From: Alphaproteobacteria bacterium
GTDB lineage: Bacteria; Pseudomonadota; Alphaproteobacteria; UBA828
DNA length: 64,000 nucleotides
Direction of reading: 5' to 3'
Assembly (NCBI GenBank): GCA_963667785.2
Contig: CAXXMU010000006.1
Span: forward strand, 704,001 to 768,000
The notes beneath the pieces are model-generated. The model saw only the letters and a program-made list of their open reading frames with translations, did no database searches and was not told the DNA's origin. Below are positions 55,686-64,000 of the stretch, piece after piece (the first letter of the stretch is position 1; each line of letters opens with the position of its first letter). The translations under genes and the position numbers were made by a program.

Positions 55686-56708
55686 CTACTCGTCGTAGTG
55701 GTAGGTGCGGGCGACCATTCTCTCCGAGTGGTCGCCCGCCTTGATTCTCTCGTAGCGCCAGGGGTTGTCCGGCCCGACGCAGCCGGGGATCGCCTCGACC
55801 TCCACCTCGTAGTCGACGCCGAAGAACTGCACGAGCGAGTAGCGCCGGGCCCCCGAGGTGTTGATGACCCGGTGCATGGTCGAAACGAACAGGTCGTTGG
55901 TCCACTGCTGCATGAGATCGCCGAGATTGACGGCGAAGCTGCCGTCCACCGGCGGCAGGATGAGCCACTCGCCGTCCCGGCTCAGCATCTGCAAACCCTC
56001 CCGGTCCTGCCAGACGGTAGTGAAGCACTCGTAGTCCGTGTGCGCGCCCAGCCCGATATGGGCGATGTCGAGGGGCTCGGGCTGGGGCTCGTAGTAGCAG
56101 ACGCGGAGCCGGGCGAGCGGCTTGCTGTACTTCGAGGTGAAGTACCCTTCCTCCAGGTCGAGCGCGTATTCGAAGGCGCGGAAGATCTGGCGGCCGAGCT
56201 CGAGCTGGCAGTCGAAATAGGTGCCGAGTGCCCAGCGGAAGTCGGCAGGCTCCGCGGGCCAGTTGTTGGGGCCGTAGAAGCGGATGCCCCGCACATGGTC
56301 GGGATCGTCCGCCGGCAGGTCGTGCGCCATCTCGATGGCCTCCGACATGTCGGAGGAACCTTCGAGGCTGTGGTCGGCGGTAATGCCGCCCGCCGGCACG
56401 TAGCCCCGGTGGTTGGGCCAGTCGAGGTAGTGGTTGCGCATCTTCTCCTCGACGGGCAGCGCGAAGAAGCGCTGCATCGCGGCCCGGGCCCGCGCAATCA
56501 CAGCCTGCGGGAACTGGTGGTTGACGATGTAGAAGAAGCCGGGGCCGGCGCACGCCGTGCGGATCGCGCGAGCGAGCGCCCTGCGCTCGGCCAGGCTCGG
56601 CGAATAGAGCGCGCCGAAATCGACGATGGGCACGTCTTCGCGCGAGGCCCGGCGCACCGCCGGCGCGTGCATGCCTTCTCTCACTTGAAACGGTGTTGCT
56701 TTGGCCAT
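55686..56708 (-). CDS. 2-oxoglutarate/Fe(II) oxygenase (isopenicillin N synthase family)
   Basis: VPIVDF, GFFYIVNH, HTD...H facial triad, RYS motif. Confidence 0.92.
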   Translation of the reverse strand: MAKATPFQVREGMHAPAVRRASREDVPIVDFGALYSPSLAERRALARAIRTACAGPGFFYIVNHQFPQAVIARARAAMQRFFALPVEEKMRNHYLDWPNHRGYVPAGGITADHSLEGSSDMSEAIEMAHDLPADDPDHVRGIRFYGPNNWPAEPADFRWALGTYFDCQLELGRQIFRAFEYALDLEEGYFTSKYSKPLARLRVCYYEPQPEPLDIAHIGLGAHTDYECFTTVWQDREGLQMLSRDGEWLILPPVDGSFAVNLGDLMQQWTNDLFVSTMHRVINTSGARRYSLVQFFGVDYEVEVEAIPGCVGPDNPWRYERIKAGDHSERMVARTYHYDE

Positions 56709-56833
56709 TGCGGGTCCCCCGTCGCCCCTCATCTTTGGCATGATAGCGCCAACCGTTTACACATGACGGCGAGCCTATAGCGCATTTCGCCTGGCCATAC
56801 CCCATCCGCAATCAGCATCGCAGGGAGACGAAT

Positions 56834-57655
56834 ATGGAGACATCTCTTCACGGCCGCCGCGCCCTGGTTACCGGAGCGGGAAGCGGCATCGGCGCCGCCA
56901 TCGCCGAGGCGTTCGCGCGCGAGGGCGCGCATGTGGCGGTGCACGCGCGGAGCGCCGAGCGCGCTCGTCCCGTCGTCGATGCCATCGAGGCGGCGGGCGG
57001 CCGGGCCTTCGCCGCGCCTGCAGACCTGCGCGACCGCGCCGCCATCGCGCCGATGTGCCGGGCTGCCGTCGAGCGGCTGGGCGGCCTCAACATCCTGGTC
57101 AACAATGCCGGCGTCTTCATCCGCAAGGGCGTGGCGGAGATGGACCTCGAGAGCTGGGACGCCATGGTCGAGACCAACCTCACCGCCTCCTACCTCGCGA
57201 CCCAGGCGGCGCTGCCGGCGATCCGCGCGTCCGGTGCCGGCGCATCGGTGATCTTCGTCTCCTCCATCGCCGCCGGCGCCTATTCCGCCGGCTGGGGCAC
57301 TTACGCCATGACCAAGAACGGCCTCAACGCCTTCATGCACTGCCTCGCGGACGAGCTCGGCGGCGCCGGCGTGCGGGTCAACTCGATCTGCCCTGGCTGG
57401 GTCGAGACGAGGATGGCGCAGGAGGCCCACCGAGGGCTCGCGGCGGAGATCGGCCTCGACTACGAGACCCACTACGCGAACAACATGCGCGCCAACATGC
57501 TGGGCGCGCTGGTGACCACGGACAGCATCGCCGACATGGCGGTCTTCCTCGCGAGCGAGCGCGGCCGCCACATCACGGCGCAGGAGCTCACCGTCTGCGG
57601 CGGCTGCCTGCCCGGCGCCAGCGCAGAGCCGCAGGACGCAGAAGCGGCGGAGTAG
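56834..57655 (+). CDS. SDR family oxidoreductase (paralogue 1)
   Basis: TGAGSGIG, NNAG, YAMTK. Confidence 0.93.
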   Translation: METSLHGRRALVTGAGSGIGAAIAEAFAREGAHVAVHARSAERARPVVDAIEAAGGRAFAAPADLRDRAAIAPMCRAAVERLGGLNILVNNAGVFIRKGVAEMDLESWDAMVETNLTASYLATQAALPAIRASGAGASVIFVSSIAAGAYSAGWGTYAMTKNGLNAFMHCLADELGGAGVRVNSICPGWVETRMAQEAHRGLAAEIGLDYETHYANNMRANMLGALVTTDSIADMAVFLASERGRHITAQELTVCGGCLPGASAEPQDAEAAE

Positions 57656-57719
57656 GCGCGGCCGGCGCCAGCGACTATTCCTTTCCCTCAGTCGGCGGGC
57701 GGTCGCATCGCGCGCCCCT

Positions 57720-57908
57720 GCGCGCATCGTCCGCGCGCGGCATACTGAGAAGCGCACCGTCGTGCTGGTCGAGCAGAACGCCCGCCTCGCCCTCGCGCTT
57801 GCTCAGAGGGGCTTCGTGATGGAAACAGGACGGATCGTTCTCGAGGGCCCGGCGTCCGATCTGCGCGAGAACGACAAGGTGCAGCACACTTATCTCGGCG
57901 TCGCCTGA
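57720..57908 (+). pseudogene. C-terminal remnant of a LivF-type branched-chain amino acid ABC ATPase
   Basis: ...TVVLVEQNARLALALAQRGFVMETGRIVLEGPASDLRENDKVQHTYLGVA*; no Walker A/B and no start. Confidence 0.82.
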
Positions 57909-57949
57909 GACACGCCGGCGGCGATGCCGACAGCGCTGGGGAGAGAGCC

Positions 57950-58735
57950 ATGAGAGTCGGTCTGGAAGGCAAGCGAACACTGGTAACGGGAGCCGCGAGC
58001 GGCATCGGCCGCGCGATCGCGGAGGCCTACGCGCGAGAAGGAGCGACGGTCGCGGTCCACGCGCGTAGCGAGGAACGGGCGGCGGAGACACTCGAATCTA
58101 TCGCCAACGCCGGCGGCACGGCCTTCGCCGCACCGGCCGATCTGACCGAGCCCGCGGCCATCGAGGCGATGTGCAAGGCCGCCATCGAGAGACTCGGCGG
58201 CATCGACGTGGTCGTGAACAACGCCGGGGTCGCCGACTACGCGAAGGTCGTCGACATGGACGAGGCCATGTGGGACTGGATCATGGCCGTCAACCTGAAG
58301 GCGCCGTACCTGGTCTCCAAGCACACGCTGCCGGCGATGATCGAGCAGGGCGCCGGCGGGGTGCAGCTCTTCAATGCGTCCACCAACGCCAAGACCGCCG
58401 ACGCGGAGTGGACCGCCTACAACACCACCAAGCACGGGCTGGTGGGCTTCGTGCGCTGCCTCGCCGCCGAGGTGGGCGAGCACAACATCCGGGTCAACGC
58501 CATCTGTCCCGGCTGGATCGAGACCAAGATGGCGGTGGAGCTGCACGAGAGCATGGCGCAGGACCTGGGCGAGCCCTACGAGAAGGTCTACGACGAGAGC
58601 ATGCGCACCAACATGCTGAGCGCCCTGATCCCGCCGACCGCGATCGCCGGGATGGCCGTCTACCTCGCCGGCGATCCCGGGCGCTACGTGACCGGCCAGG
58701 CGATCAACGTCTGCGCCGGCCTGGCGGTCTACTGA
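57950..58735 (+). CDS. SDR family oxidoreductase (paralogue 2)
   Basis: TGAASGIG, NNAG, YNTTK; shares ICPGW(I/V)ET.MA and MR.NML with paralogue 1. Confidence 0.93.
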   Translation: MRVGLEGKRTLVTGAASGIGRAIAEAYAREGATVAVHARSEERAAETLESIANAGGTAFAAPADLTEPAAIEAMCKAAIERLGGIDVVVNNAGVADYAKVVDMDEAMWDWIMAVNLKAPYLVSKHTLPAMIEQGAGGVQLFNASTNAKTADAEWTAYNTTKHGLVGFVRCLAAEVGEHNIRVNAICPGWIETKMAVELHESMAQDLGEPYEKVYDESMRTNMLSALIPPTAIAGMAVYLAGDPGRYVTGQAINVCAGLAVY

Positions 58736-58748
58736 GGGACGACGCGAG

Positions 58749-59636
58749 TCAGCCCGGCTGTCGATCGAGGAAGCCACGCAGCGCCGCGAAATAGGCGTCC
58801 GGCTCCTCGAAGAAGGGCGTGTGCGAGCTGTTGGGAAAGACCACGCTCTCCGCATTCGGCAGCACGTCCTGCATGAGCATGGCGCCTTCGGGCGTGAGCT
58901 CGTCGTGGAGGCCGCTCACGATCAGGCAGGGCACGGCGATGCGCCCCATCTCGGAGAGCCGGTCCCAGTCCTTGAGCGTGCCGACGCAGCAGAACTCGTT
59001 GGGGCCCCACATCGTGCCGTAGACATCCATGTTGATGCCGTCGAGCGAGCGTTGCAGCGGCGCGGGCCACGTGTCGAGCCGGCACAGGTGCCTGTGGTAG
59101 AGGATCGTGATGGCGGCCTCGTAGGTGGGGTGGTCGGTGGTTCCCTGGGCCTCGTGACGCTGCATCATGGCCACCGTCTCGGACCCCAGGGCGGCGCGAA
59201 GGCGCTTCATCTCAGCGACCGTGTGCGGCACGCAGCCCGAGCCGTTCGCGATCACGTAGGACGCGACGTTCTCCTGGTACTTCAGGCAGTAATCGGTTCC
59301 CAGCCAGGTTCCCCAGGATTGCCCGAGCAGGTGGACGCGGCCGAGCCCGAGCGCGGTCCGCACCGCTTCGACCTCGTCGACATAGCGGGGCACGTTGAAG
59401 AGCGAGGTGTCGTCGGGCTTGTCGGATTCGCCGCAGCCGAGCTGGTCGTAGGCCACCACCCGCCAGCCGTCATCCGCCATCACGGAGTGGCTGTCCCGCA
59501 CGTAGTCGCAGGGCAGGCCGGGGCCGCCATGAAGGACGAGCAGGACCCGTTCGCCCTCACCGAAGCTGTAGACCGCCACCTCGCCGCCGTCGACGGCGAC
59601 GCGGCAGGTCTCGTCAGGCTGTCTTTCTTCGCTCAT
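58749..59636 (-). CDS. Proline iminopeptidase / L-amino acid amidase (alpha/beta hydrolase)
   Basis: LHGGPG, YDQLGCG, GQSWG nucleophile, SSHTPFFEE; start ATG 59636. Confidence 0.92.
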   Translation of the reverse strand: MSEERQPDETCRVAVDGGEVAVYSFGEGERVLLVLHGGPGLPCDYVRDSHSVMADDGWRVVAYDQLGCGESDKPDDTSLFNVPRYVDEVEAVRTALGLGRVHLLGQSWGTWLGTDYCLKYQENVASYVIANGSGCVPHTVAEMKRLRAALGSETVAMMQRHEAQGTTDHPTYEAAITILYHRHLCRLDTWPAPLQRSLDGINMDVYGTMWGPNEFCCVGTLKDWDRLSEMGRIAVPCLIVSGLHDELTPEGAMLMQDVLPNAESVVFPNSSHTPFFEEPDAYFAALRGFLDRQPG

Positions 59637-59649
59637 CGATCGTTCCCCG

Positions 59650-60627
59650 TTACCTGGAAGCGCCGTAGGTGCCGCGATACTCGGCATACATGCGCTCGTA
59701 GCGCTCCGCATTCATCGTGGAGTAGACGCGAAAGTCGAAGTCGATGGGCTTGTCCATCACCTCGGAGACGAAGCTCCAGGTCGTCTCGCGGATGGCGGCG
59801 ACGACCGTCGCGGCCGCGAAGCGGTGGCGCAGCTCGTCGGTGGCCGGCGTCTCGAAGTAGGTCTCGAGGTAGGGGTCTATCTCGTCCGGCCTGATCTCGA
59901 TGTTCATGGCCAGCACCCCGAGGTCGAACAGGTCCACCGTGAACCCGCCGAACTCCCAGTCGACGAACCAGACCCGCTCACCGTCGTCCATGATGTTCTG
60001 CGGGTTGAGGTCGTTGTGACCGAAGACGATGGTCGCCGGCCCCATCGCGCGCTCCAGCGCCTCGTTCGCGGCGGCGAGCCCCGGCAGCATCGCACGCCAG
60101 CGCTCGTAGAGTCGGTCCGAGCGCTCCTGCAGCAGCCGGATGTACGAGCGGTGATGCTGGAACGGCCAGAACATGAAGCCCGTCGAGTCCAGGTGCTTGT
60201 GGGCCTCGCGATGCAGCCGGCGGAAGAGGCGGGCAACCTTGGCAAGCCGCTCGGGCTCGTGCACGTCGGCCGGCAGCAGCGAGCGGCCTTCGATGAAGCG
60301 GATCACCATCAGGCCGGGCTCGGCGTAGACCACCTCCGGCGAGACGCCCGCCGCGTGGGCCGCGCGAAAGGCCTGGAGCTCGTGCTCGCGGGAGACGCCG
60401 AAGAAGGGCTCGTCCTCGCCGACGCGGATCACGTAGCGCTGGCCGGCGTCGTCGGCGGTGAGGTTGATGTTGCTCAGGCCCCCGCTCAGCACGGCGGGCT
60501 CGACCGCGCCGCTCCAGATCGGCAAGGCGCGGGCGCGCTCGATCGCCGCTCCGCTGCGGGCCTCCATGCCGCGGGCGCCGCCGATCAGATCGTAGACCTC
60601 GTCGTCCGAGGTGGGAGTCTTCGTCAT
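59650..60627 (-). CDS. Choline/ethanolamine kinase-like phosphotransferase
   Basis: LSGGLSNIN, HNDLNPQNI (Brenner motif), VDWEFGG; start ATG 60627. Confidence 0.88.
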   Translation of the reverse strand: MTKTPTSDDEVYDLIGGARGMEARSGAAIERARALPIWSGAVEPAVLSGGLSNINLTADDAGQRYVIRVGEDEPFFGVSREHELQAFRAAHAAGVSPEVVYAEPGLMVIRFIEGRSLLPADVHEPERLAKVARLFRRLHREAHKHLDSTGFMFWPFQHHRSYIRLLQERSDRLYERWRAMLPGLAAANEALERAMGPATIVFGHNDLNPQNIMDDGERVWFVDWEFGGFTVDLFDLGVLAMNIEIRPDEIDPYLETYFETPATDELRHRFAAATVVAAIRETTWSFVSEVMDKPIDFDFRVYSTMNAERYERMYAEYRGTYGASR

Positions 60628-63071
60628 GCCCTGACCCGGTCGTTGCCGGCGTCGTAGAGCGGCCGCAGGTGGAGCTCGGCCGGCACCTCCCGCGTCGCGA
60701 CTTCCAGCGAGTAAGTGCCGGAGTCGAGGTAGTCGTCGCTGACGCCCGCCGGGTTCCGCACGTAACCCATGCCGATGCTCCGGCCGACGGTGTGGCCGAA
60801 GCCGCCGGAGGCGAGCCAGCCGACGCGCTCGCCGTTTCGCAAGATCGTCTCGCGGCCCCAGAGCTGCACCGCCGGGTCGTCCGCGATGGTGAACGTGACC
60901 AGGCGGCGGGTCAGCGGCTGCTCCCGCTGCTTCCGCACGGCGTCCTGGCCGATGAAGGGGGTGGGCTTGTCGAACGCGACCGCGAAGCCGAGGCCCGCCT
61001 CCAGGGGGTTGAAGTCGGGGCCGATATCCGCCGCCCAGACGCGATAGCCCTTCTCCAGCCGCAGGCTGTCGATCGCCCGGTAGCCCGCGTCGCGCAGGCC
61101 GCAGGCGGCGCCCGCCGCCTTCAGCGCGTCGTAGACCGTGAGCATGTACTCGGTGGCGACGTGGAGCTCCCAGCCGAGCTCGCCCACGAAGGTGATGCGC
61201 ATGGCGCGCACCGGCGCGCCCGCCACATGGATTTCCCGCACCGCGCCGAAGGGGAAGGCCTCCGCGCCCAGCTCGCCTTCCGTCACGGACGCGAGGATCT
61301 CCCGGGCGCGCGGTCCCATCAGCGCGAGCACGCCGTAGGCCGAGGTGACGTCGATCAGCGCGGCGTGGGCGTCCGCGTCGATGTTCCGGCCGATATGGTC
61401 GAAGTCGTGGGTCGCGAAGCCCGTGCCGGTGACGATGTAGAAGGAGTCCTCGGCGATCCGCGCCACGGTCAGGTCGCATTCGATCCCGCCGTGACGGTTG
61501 AGCATCTGGGTGTAGGTGACCCGCCCCGGCGGCTTGCCCACGTCGGCGGCGCAGATGCGCTGCAGGCACGCTTCCGCATCGCGCCCGACCAGCGCGAACT
61601 TGGCGAAGGAGGACTGGTCGAAGAGGGCGGCCGCGTCACGGCAGGCCGCGTGCTCGACGGCGACGTGCGCGTGCCAGTTGGGGCGCGTGAAGCTCTCGAT
61701 CTCCACCGGCTCGACGCCGTCGGGCGCGAACCAGTTGGGCCGTTCCCAGCCGAACTTGGCGCCGAAGCAGGCGCGATTGTCCCGGAGGCGGTCATAGATC
61801 GCGCTGCGCCGGAGCGGCCGGCCCGCCTTCATCTCCTCGCGGGGCCAGACGATGGTGTAGTGGTGGCCCTGCCCCTCCAGCGAGCGAGCCAGGACTTGGC
61901 TGTCGGCGCGGTGGTAGCCGCCGAAGCGGCGGATATCGAAGCTCCAGATGTCGTAGGGCGGCTCGCCGTTCAGAATCCACTCGCCGAGCGCCATGCCGGC
62001 GCCGCCGCAGCCGGTCAGCCCGTAGGCATTGAAGCCCGCGCTCACGAAGATGCCCCGTACCTCGGGCGCCTCGCCCATCACCGGGTTCTGATCCTCGGTG
62101 AAGGATTCCAGGCCATTGAACCAGCTCTTGATGCCGGCGGTCTTGAGCACGGGAATCCAGTCGAGCAATCCCTCGAGCCGCGGCATGAAGTGGTCGAGGT
62201 TCTCGGGCATGAGCTTGAATTCGTGATCCTTGGGGATCGGCTCGGTGAACGGGATCGGATCGGGGTCGTACTGGCCGACGAGCAGCCCGCCCACCTCCTC
62301 GCGGATGTAGTGCCAGAGGTCCGGGTCCCGCGTCGTCGGCAGATCGCGGGTCACGCCCTCGATCGGCTCGGTGATGAAGTAGCAGTGATGCGAGGGCTGG
62401 ATCGGGACGTTCACGCCCGCGAGCCGCCCGATCTCGCGCGACCAGATGCCGCAGCAGATCACCGCGATCTCGCAGCGGATCGTGCCCCGCTCCGTCTCGA
62501 CGGCGGCGACACGGCCCCTCTCGATCTCGAAGCCGGTGACCGCCGTGTCCTCGAAGAGCCGGGCGCCGTACTGGCGCGCCCCCTTGGCGAGCGCCATGCA
62601 CGTGTCCGATGGGCTCAAGGCGCCGTCGGTGGGGATGTAGAGCGCGCAATCCACGTGATCGATGGTCATGAAGGGGAAGAGCGCCTGCGCCTCCTTCGCC
62701 GATATCAGCTCCATCTCGACGCCGAAGGAGCGCGCCGTCGTGATCGCCCGCTCGTACTCGCGCCGGCGGTCGGGATTGGAGGCGACCCGCATGCCGCCCG
62801 TCCGGTGCCAGCCGGTGGCCTGGCCGGTCTCCTCCTCCAGCGAGGCGTAGAGGTCCGCGCCGTAGGCCATGAGCCGGCCTGCGTTGGGGTCGGTGCGGAA
62901 CTGCGCGAAGGCGCCGGCGGCGTGCCAAGTCGAGCCCGACGTGAGCTTGGCCTTCTCCACCAGGACGACATCCTCGCGGCCGTGCTTGGCCAGATGGTAC
63001 GCGGTGGCACAGCCGATCGCCCCGCCGCCGATGATCACGACGCGCGCCTGGTCGGGAAACCCCTGGGTCAT
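60624..63071 (-). CDS. GcvT-family FAD-dependent dehydrogenase (sarcosine/dimethylglycine dehydrogenase-like)
   Basis: IIGGGAIG, SGSTWHAAG, GWERPNWF, DQSSFAK, GELGWELH, LRLEKGYR; start ATG 63071. Confidence 0.94.
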   Translation of the reverse strand: MTQGFPDQARVVIIGGGAIGCATAYHLAKHGREDVVLVEKAKLTSGSTWHAAGAFAQFRTDPNAGRLMAYGADLYASLEEETGQATGWHRTGGMRVASNPDRRREYERAITTARSFGVEMELISAKEAQALFPFMTIDHVDCALYIPTDGALSPSDTCMALAKGARQYGARLFEDTAVTGFEIERGRVAAVETERGTIRCEIAVICCGIWSREIGRLAGVNVPIQPSHHCYFITEPIEGVTRDLPTTRDPDLWHYIREEVGGLLVGQYDPDPIPFTEPIPKDHEFKLMPENLDHFMPRLEGLLDWIPVLKTAGIKSWFNGLESFTEDQNPVMGEAPEVRGIFVSAGFNAYGLTGCGGAGMALGEWILNGEPPYDIWSFDIRRFGGYHRADSQVLARSLEGQGHHYTIVWPREEMKAGRPLRRSAIYDRLRDNRACFGAKFGWERPNWFAPDGVEPVEIESFTRPNWHAHVAVEHAACRDAAALFDQSSFAKFALVGRDAEACLQRICAADVGKPPGRVTYTQMLNRHGGIECDLTVARIAEDSFYIVTGTGFATHDFDHIGRNIDADAHAALIDVTSAYGVLALMGPRAREILASVTEGELGAEAFPFGAVREIHVAGAPVRAMRITFVGELGWELHVATEYMLTVYDALKAAGAACGLRDAGYRAIDSLRLEKGYRVWAADIGPDFNPLEAGLGFAVAFDKPTPFIGQDAVRKQREQPLTRRLVTFTIADDPAVQLWGRETILRNGERVGWLASGGFGHTVGRSIGMGYVRNPAGVSDDYLDSGTYSLEVATREVPAELHLRPLYDAGNDRVRA

Positions 63072-63182
63072 CGGCTGCCGGACCTCCGCCTCTGCGCCTG
63101 GCGGGCGCGAGTGTACCAGCGACGCGCCTGGATCACGAAGCGGGGCGGGGGTTTCGAGCGCGTTCGTATCGACGGACGCGCG

Positions 63183-63313
63183 ACGGCGCCGCCGACGAAG
63201 GGCCGGCGCTCGCAAAGCAGCACCCTGCGCCCGGCCCGCGCGAGATAGAAGGCGGCGACGAGCCCGTTGTGGCCCGCGTCGACGATGATCGCGTCGTATG
63301 CTGCGTTCGCCAT
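63183..63313 (-). pseudogene. N-terminal remnant of a phytoene-dehydrogenase-like FAD oxidoreductase
   Basis: MANAAYDAIIVDAGHNGLVAAFYLARAGRRVLLCERRPFVGGAV, then homology is lost; first Gly of GxGxxG is replaced by Asp. Confidence 0.8.
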
Positions 63314-63556
63314 CGCCCGCCCTTCCTTCCACCGGTGTCTCGTGCTCAGCTTGCAACCGGCAGATGCGCCGGGGCACGTGCTCCACCTCCGGCCGCGTCT
63401 GACAAAGTGGACCGCACGACGGTGTCGAAATGAGCGGTCGACAGTTGCCCTGCCGGAGACGAATCTTGCACTGAAGCCTCTGTGGTCTATACTCAAATAT
63501 GTGACATTGGGACGTCGTACTTTGGGTGCGTTTGTGCAGACAGGGGGAACTAAACA

Positions 63557-64000
63557 ATGGCGCGAAACCCGGAACACGACATTCTGTTTGAGTCGGTCAA
63601 GGTCGGCCCAAAGACAACGAAGAACCGGTTCTGGCAGACGCCCCATTGCAACAGCGCAGGCTCGGACCGTCCCGGCACCCAGGCCGCCTTTCGCGGCATG
63701 AAGGCCGAAGGCGGTTGGGGCACCGTCTTCATCGAGTACACCGCGATCCACCCGGAATCGGACGATTCACCGCACTGGTCCGCGCGTCTCTGGGACGAGG
63801 GCGACGTCATCAGCCTGCGGCACGTCACCGACAGCATCCACGCGCACGGCGCGCTCGCCGGCGTCGAGCTCTATTACGCCGGCCTGCACTCTCAGAGCGG
63901 CGAGTCCCGCGCGATCAGCCGCGCACCGAGCCAGATGCCGTCGGAGGCGATTCCCCTGGCGAGCACCAGCGAGATGGACGAGGACGACATCCGGGCCGTC
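63557..64000 (+). CDS. Trimethylamine/dimethylamine dehydrogenase-like flavoprotein (runs off the window)
   Basis: MARNPEHDILFESVKVGPKTTKNRFWQTPHC...KAEGGW...EY..IHPESD...ARLWDEGDV...GALAGVEL closely follows the TMADH N-terminus, including the PHC Cys. Confidence 0.88.
   Translation, partial: MARNPEHDILFESVKVGPKTTKNRFWQTPHCNSAGSDRPGTQAAFRGMKAEGGWGTVFIEYTAIHPESDDSPHWSARLWDEGDVISLRHVTDSIHAHGALAGVELYYAGLHSQSGESRAISRAPSQMPSEAIPLASTSEMDEDDIRAV

Noticed and set aside
62900-63751. Fusion of the phytoene-dehydrogenase motif to the GcvT-like gene (ORFs 60624..63557 and 63068..63751)
   Set aside because: They are in different frames; the GcvT-like protein has its own Rossmann motif and start at 63071.

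Overview
High-GC (~70% by eye) alphaproteobacterial chromosomal segment, Rhodospirillales-like by gene content and repeat types. About 55 genes are supported. Core genes: rhomboid, gatBAC, clpAS, ndk, tadA, a ubiquinone hydroxylase, aspartate aminotransferase, msrP, trxB plus a VtlR/LsrB-like LysR, aapJQMP, lppC/rsmI/yraN/BON/sirB1/gshB, tRNA-Gly and a DEAD-box helicase. These are interleaved with many catabolic genes for amides and methylated amines: a two-subunit N,N-dimethylformamidase homologue, hydantoinase B, GGT, M20 and amidohydrolases, an amidase, two SDRs, a GcvT-type dehydrogenase, a choline-kinase-like gene and a trimethylamine/dimethylamine dehydrogenase homologue. There is no CRISPR array, prophage or transposase. 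The most notable non-genic signals are: (1) a ~300-bp MITE with 34-bp TIRs that supplies the apparent start codon of a hydrolase, plus a third TIR 4.3 kb away that supplies a helicase stop codon, so a 3-gene catabolic operon is bracketed by inverted TIRs; (2) a modular CIR-like repeat family whose ends coincide with TAG stop codons; (3) a multi-hairpin anti-SD sRNA downstream of trxB-LysR; (4) a helically phased GGGAT/GCGGCAC array in an orphan intergenic region; (5) a low-GC toxin-antitoxin islet in which both genes are frameshifted; and (6) several gene remnants. All homology calls come from motif recognition by eye, not database searches.
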